Shown piece after piece: positions 33,213 through 34,843 of a DNA stretch of 34,843 nucleotides (position 1 is the first letter of the stretch; the number at the start of each line of letters is the position of its first letter). Below the pieces are notes generated by a model. The model was not told the DNA's origin. It worked only from the letters and a program-made list of their open reading frames with translations, and searched no databases. The position numbers and the translations under genes were made by a program. This DNA comes from a virus: positions 1-34,843 of IMG/VR virus record IMGVR_UViG_3300037104_000290; one strand, given 5' to 3'.

Positions 33213-33950
33213 ATGTGTGACTTCTTTTCGTTTTGCTCCTACAACGAGACGTATTTGTATTCGGAATGGGAAGATCGAAAACGGGACTTTGAGCGCGCCG
33301 ACAGTCACACTGCGATCCTCATGCGAGCCGGTATCGATGTGCGCAAGCAGGAGAACTGGCAGAAGTACGAGTACAACTTACTGACAAAGGCATTCTTCGT
33401 GGACACGCCCGATTTGGGGGGAAATCACGATGTCGCCCGTCGTTGGGTCGAGCGTTTGGACTGGTCTACCATCGTTCCGGACCTGGCGATCAAGCCTATC
33501 GTCAACCCGTTTGAGTTGCAACCTCCGTCTATTACGGACGAGCATGTAAGATTGCTCGCGGCGTGGAACAGTGTGGGGGCCAGTGTGAGGGACAGTATGG
33601 GGGCCAGTGTGAGGGACAGTGTGGGGGCCAGTGTGTGGAACAGTGTGGGGGACAGTGTGTGGAACAGTATGGGGGTCAGTGTGAGGGACAGTGTGGGGGC
33701 CAGTGTGTGGAACAGTGTGGGGGACAGTGTGTGGAACAGTGTGGGGGCCAGTGTGAGGGCATACATATCGTCGTTTTTCACGATCAAATATAGTCACGAT
33801 CCAACCTCGGCTGTGCTCCTGTGGGATCAGGGGATCGTCCCGTCCTTTGACGGTACCACGTGGAGGCTACACGGAGGGAGAGACGCTAAGGTGCTGTACA
33901 CGATATCCGCAAAGGATCTTGCGGCCCACGAGGGGAAGGAGAAATCATGA
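33213..33950 (+). CDS. Repeat protein: MCDFFSF...SH N-terminal domain plus 16 tetrapeptide units Ser-Val-[Gly/Arg/Trp]-[Ala/Asp/Asn] plus C-terminal domain
   Basis: ORF 33213-33950 with AAGGAGA SD. The flanking-domain patterns (MCDF.S, LW..G.VPSFDG..WRL) recur in phage/bacterial hypothetical proteins I recall. Confidence 0.75.
   Translation: MCDFFSFCSYNETYLYSEWEDRKRDFERADSHTAILMRAGIDVRKQENWQKYEYNLLTKAFFVDTPDLGGNHDVARRWVERLDWSTIVPDLAIKPIVNPFELQPPSITDEHVRLLAAWNSVGASVRDSMGASVRDSVGASVWNSVGDSVWNSMGVSVRDSVGASVWNSVGDSVWNSVGASVRAYISSFFTIKYSHDPTSAVLLWDQGIVPSFDGTTWRLHGGRDAKVLYTISAKDLAAHEGKEKS
33570..33761. repeat. 16 tandem 12-nt units AGT-GTG-NGG-[G/A][A/C/T]C
   Basis: Each unit read directly. The NGG codon is GGG, AGG or TGG. 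Confidence 0.95.
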
Positions 33951-34843
33951 CAGGCTACAAGGTATTCACGTACGACAGGCGCCCGCCGGTGCAGGGTGGT
34001 GATCCCATCTGGGACGGGGCGATGCCCTACGACCTGCCTACCGTTAAGCTGGATCGCGGCGCTGCGGAGTGCGCGGCAGGTTGGCATTTCTGCTTGTCTC
34101 TACCAATCGCTCTGCGCATTGTAGGGCTGTGGCCCGATGGTCGACCGTCGCGCGTGGCCGCAGTTGAGGCTGATGACGTGGTGGAGCGAGAGGAGAAATG
34201 TCGCGCGGCTACCCTACACCTCACGCGTTGGCTGGACGAGGCCGAGATCCGCGACGGCGTGCTGGAGATGTCGGCTCCATTTGGAGCGCACGCAGAGACG
34301 ATGACCTCCGAGCAGATGTCGTGGCGCACAGCTCTGGCTCGGCCTCAACACGACCGTGCTAACGTAGAGGCAGGACTACGTATAGCGCTGGCAACGCGGG
34401 GATTGGACTGGCAACTCAGAGAGTTTCTGACCGCCTGGGACGCCAGGGCCGCCAGGGCCGCCTGGGCCGCCTGGGACGCCAGGGACGCCTGGGACGCCTG
34501 GGACGCCTGGGACGCCAGGGCCGCCTGGGACGCCGGGGCCGCCGGGGACGCCTGGGACGCCTGGGACGCCAGGGCCGCCAGGGCCGCCAGGGCCGCCTGG
34601 GACGCCAGGGCCGCCGGGGCCGCCAGGGACGCCTGGGACGCCTGGGACGCCTGGGACGCCGGGGCCGCCTGGGCCGCCATGACTGTGTGCTATACATCCC
34701 TGATGGGATGGATCAAATATCCTGCGGATCTGCTCACCGACGGGCTCCGCGATGCGTACTCATTCGGTCTCGGGATTGCTCTGCCGACTGGACCGAGAGA
34801 GTTGGGATGGGCGATGGATGCCCACGAGGGGAGGACGAGGTGA
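33947..34843 (+). CDS. Repeat protein paralog B (longer array). Its stop overlaps the GTG start of the methyltransferase across the circular junction
   Basis: ORF 33947-34843. The N-terminal 162 aa differ from paralog A at only a handful of positions. Confidence 0.75.
   Translation: MTGYKVFTYDRRPPVQGGDPIWDGAMPYDLPTVKLDRGAAECAAGWHFCLSLPIALRIVGLWPDGRPSRVAAVEADDVVEREEKCRAATLHLTRWLDEAEIRDGVLEMSAPFGAHAETMTSEQMSWRTALARPQHDRANVEAGLRIALATRGLDWQLREFLTAWDARAARAAWAAWDARDAWDAWDAWDARAAWDAGAAGDAWDAWDARAARAARAAWDARAAGAARDAWDAWDAWDAGAAWAAMTVCYTSLMGWIKYPADLLTDGLRDAYSFGLGIALPTGPRELGWAMDAHEGRTR
34433..34678. repeat. About 27 tandem 9-nt units GCC-NGG-G[A/C]C
   Basis: Read directly. The NGG codon is TGG, AGG or GGG. 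Confidence 0.9.

Noticed and set aside
33378-33797. Minus-strand and alternative plus-strand ORFs over the 12-nt array (33378-33797, 33425-33787, 33563-33793). Likewise 30075-30365, 34345-34680 and 34416-34697 over the 9-nt arrays.
   Set aside because: They are repeat-generated shadow ORFs, antisense or out of frame with well-supported coupled genes.
1-34843. Prophage or lysogeny module (integrase, att sites, CI-type repressor), transposase, or another mobile element.
   Set aside because: No ORF shows tyrosine/serine recombinase or transposase motifs. The only long direct repeats are the paralogous genes and the assembly overlap.

Overview
The window is a complete, circularly closed genome of a tailed dsDNA phage. 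Nt 1-127 are identical to nt 34717-34843, so the unique length is 34716 nt.

Layout: two transcription blocks diverge from a ~650-nt control region (26490-27134).
- The minus-strand late block (26489 down to 2633) carries a sigma-like regulator, YopX, the large terminase, a run of tiny Zn-ribbon genes, an AT-rich moron, tRNA-Gln(UUG), portal, three paralogous virion proteins, scaffold and major capsid. It continues with large tail/ejection proteins, a tail fibre and a lysis cassette.
- A plus-strand three-gene moron with its own promoter (14443-15340) interrupts this block.
- The plus-strand early block (27135 to 34843, wrapping to 1-2593) carries an ERF annealase, a PD-(D/E)XK nuclease, ribbon-helix-helix (RHH) regulator pairs, a half-size beta-clamp-like protein, a C5 methyltransferase and NinB/NinG-like genes.
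- Genes are packed tightly, with many ATGA/GTGA/TTGA/TAATG stop-start overlaps.
- I found no integrase, repressor of the CI type, DNA polymerase, helicase or primase.

The most unusual content is six genes built around phase-perfect short tandem repeats with unit lengths of 6, 6, 9, 9, 12 and 33 nt.
- Four of the six arrays vary mainly at one NGG codon (Trp/Arg/Gly). Three of them pair it with a G[A/C]C or AAC codon on an otherwise invariant small-residue scaffold.
- Two of the repeat genes are ~0.9-kb paralogous direct repeats bracketing a 3.4-kb segment.
- Two others each sit directly behind a distantly homologous small globular protein gene.

Other points worth follow-up:
- a 345-nt GC-rich non-coding, hairpin-rich stretch upstream of the clamp-like gene;
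- a promoter plus intrinsic terminator leader ahead of the late operon;
- a conserved 20-22-nt element that includes the GTG start of two late genes;
- duplicated RHH-RHH modules plus a decayed third copy;
- a lysis gene pair that is almost fully dual-frame coded.

All functional calls come from motifs recognised by eye. No database search was run.
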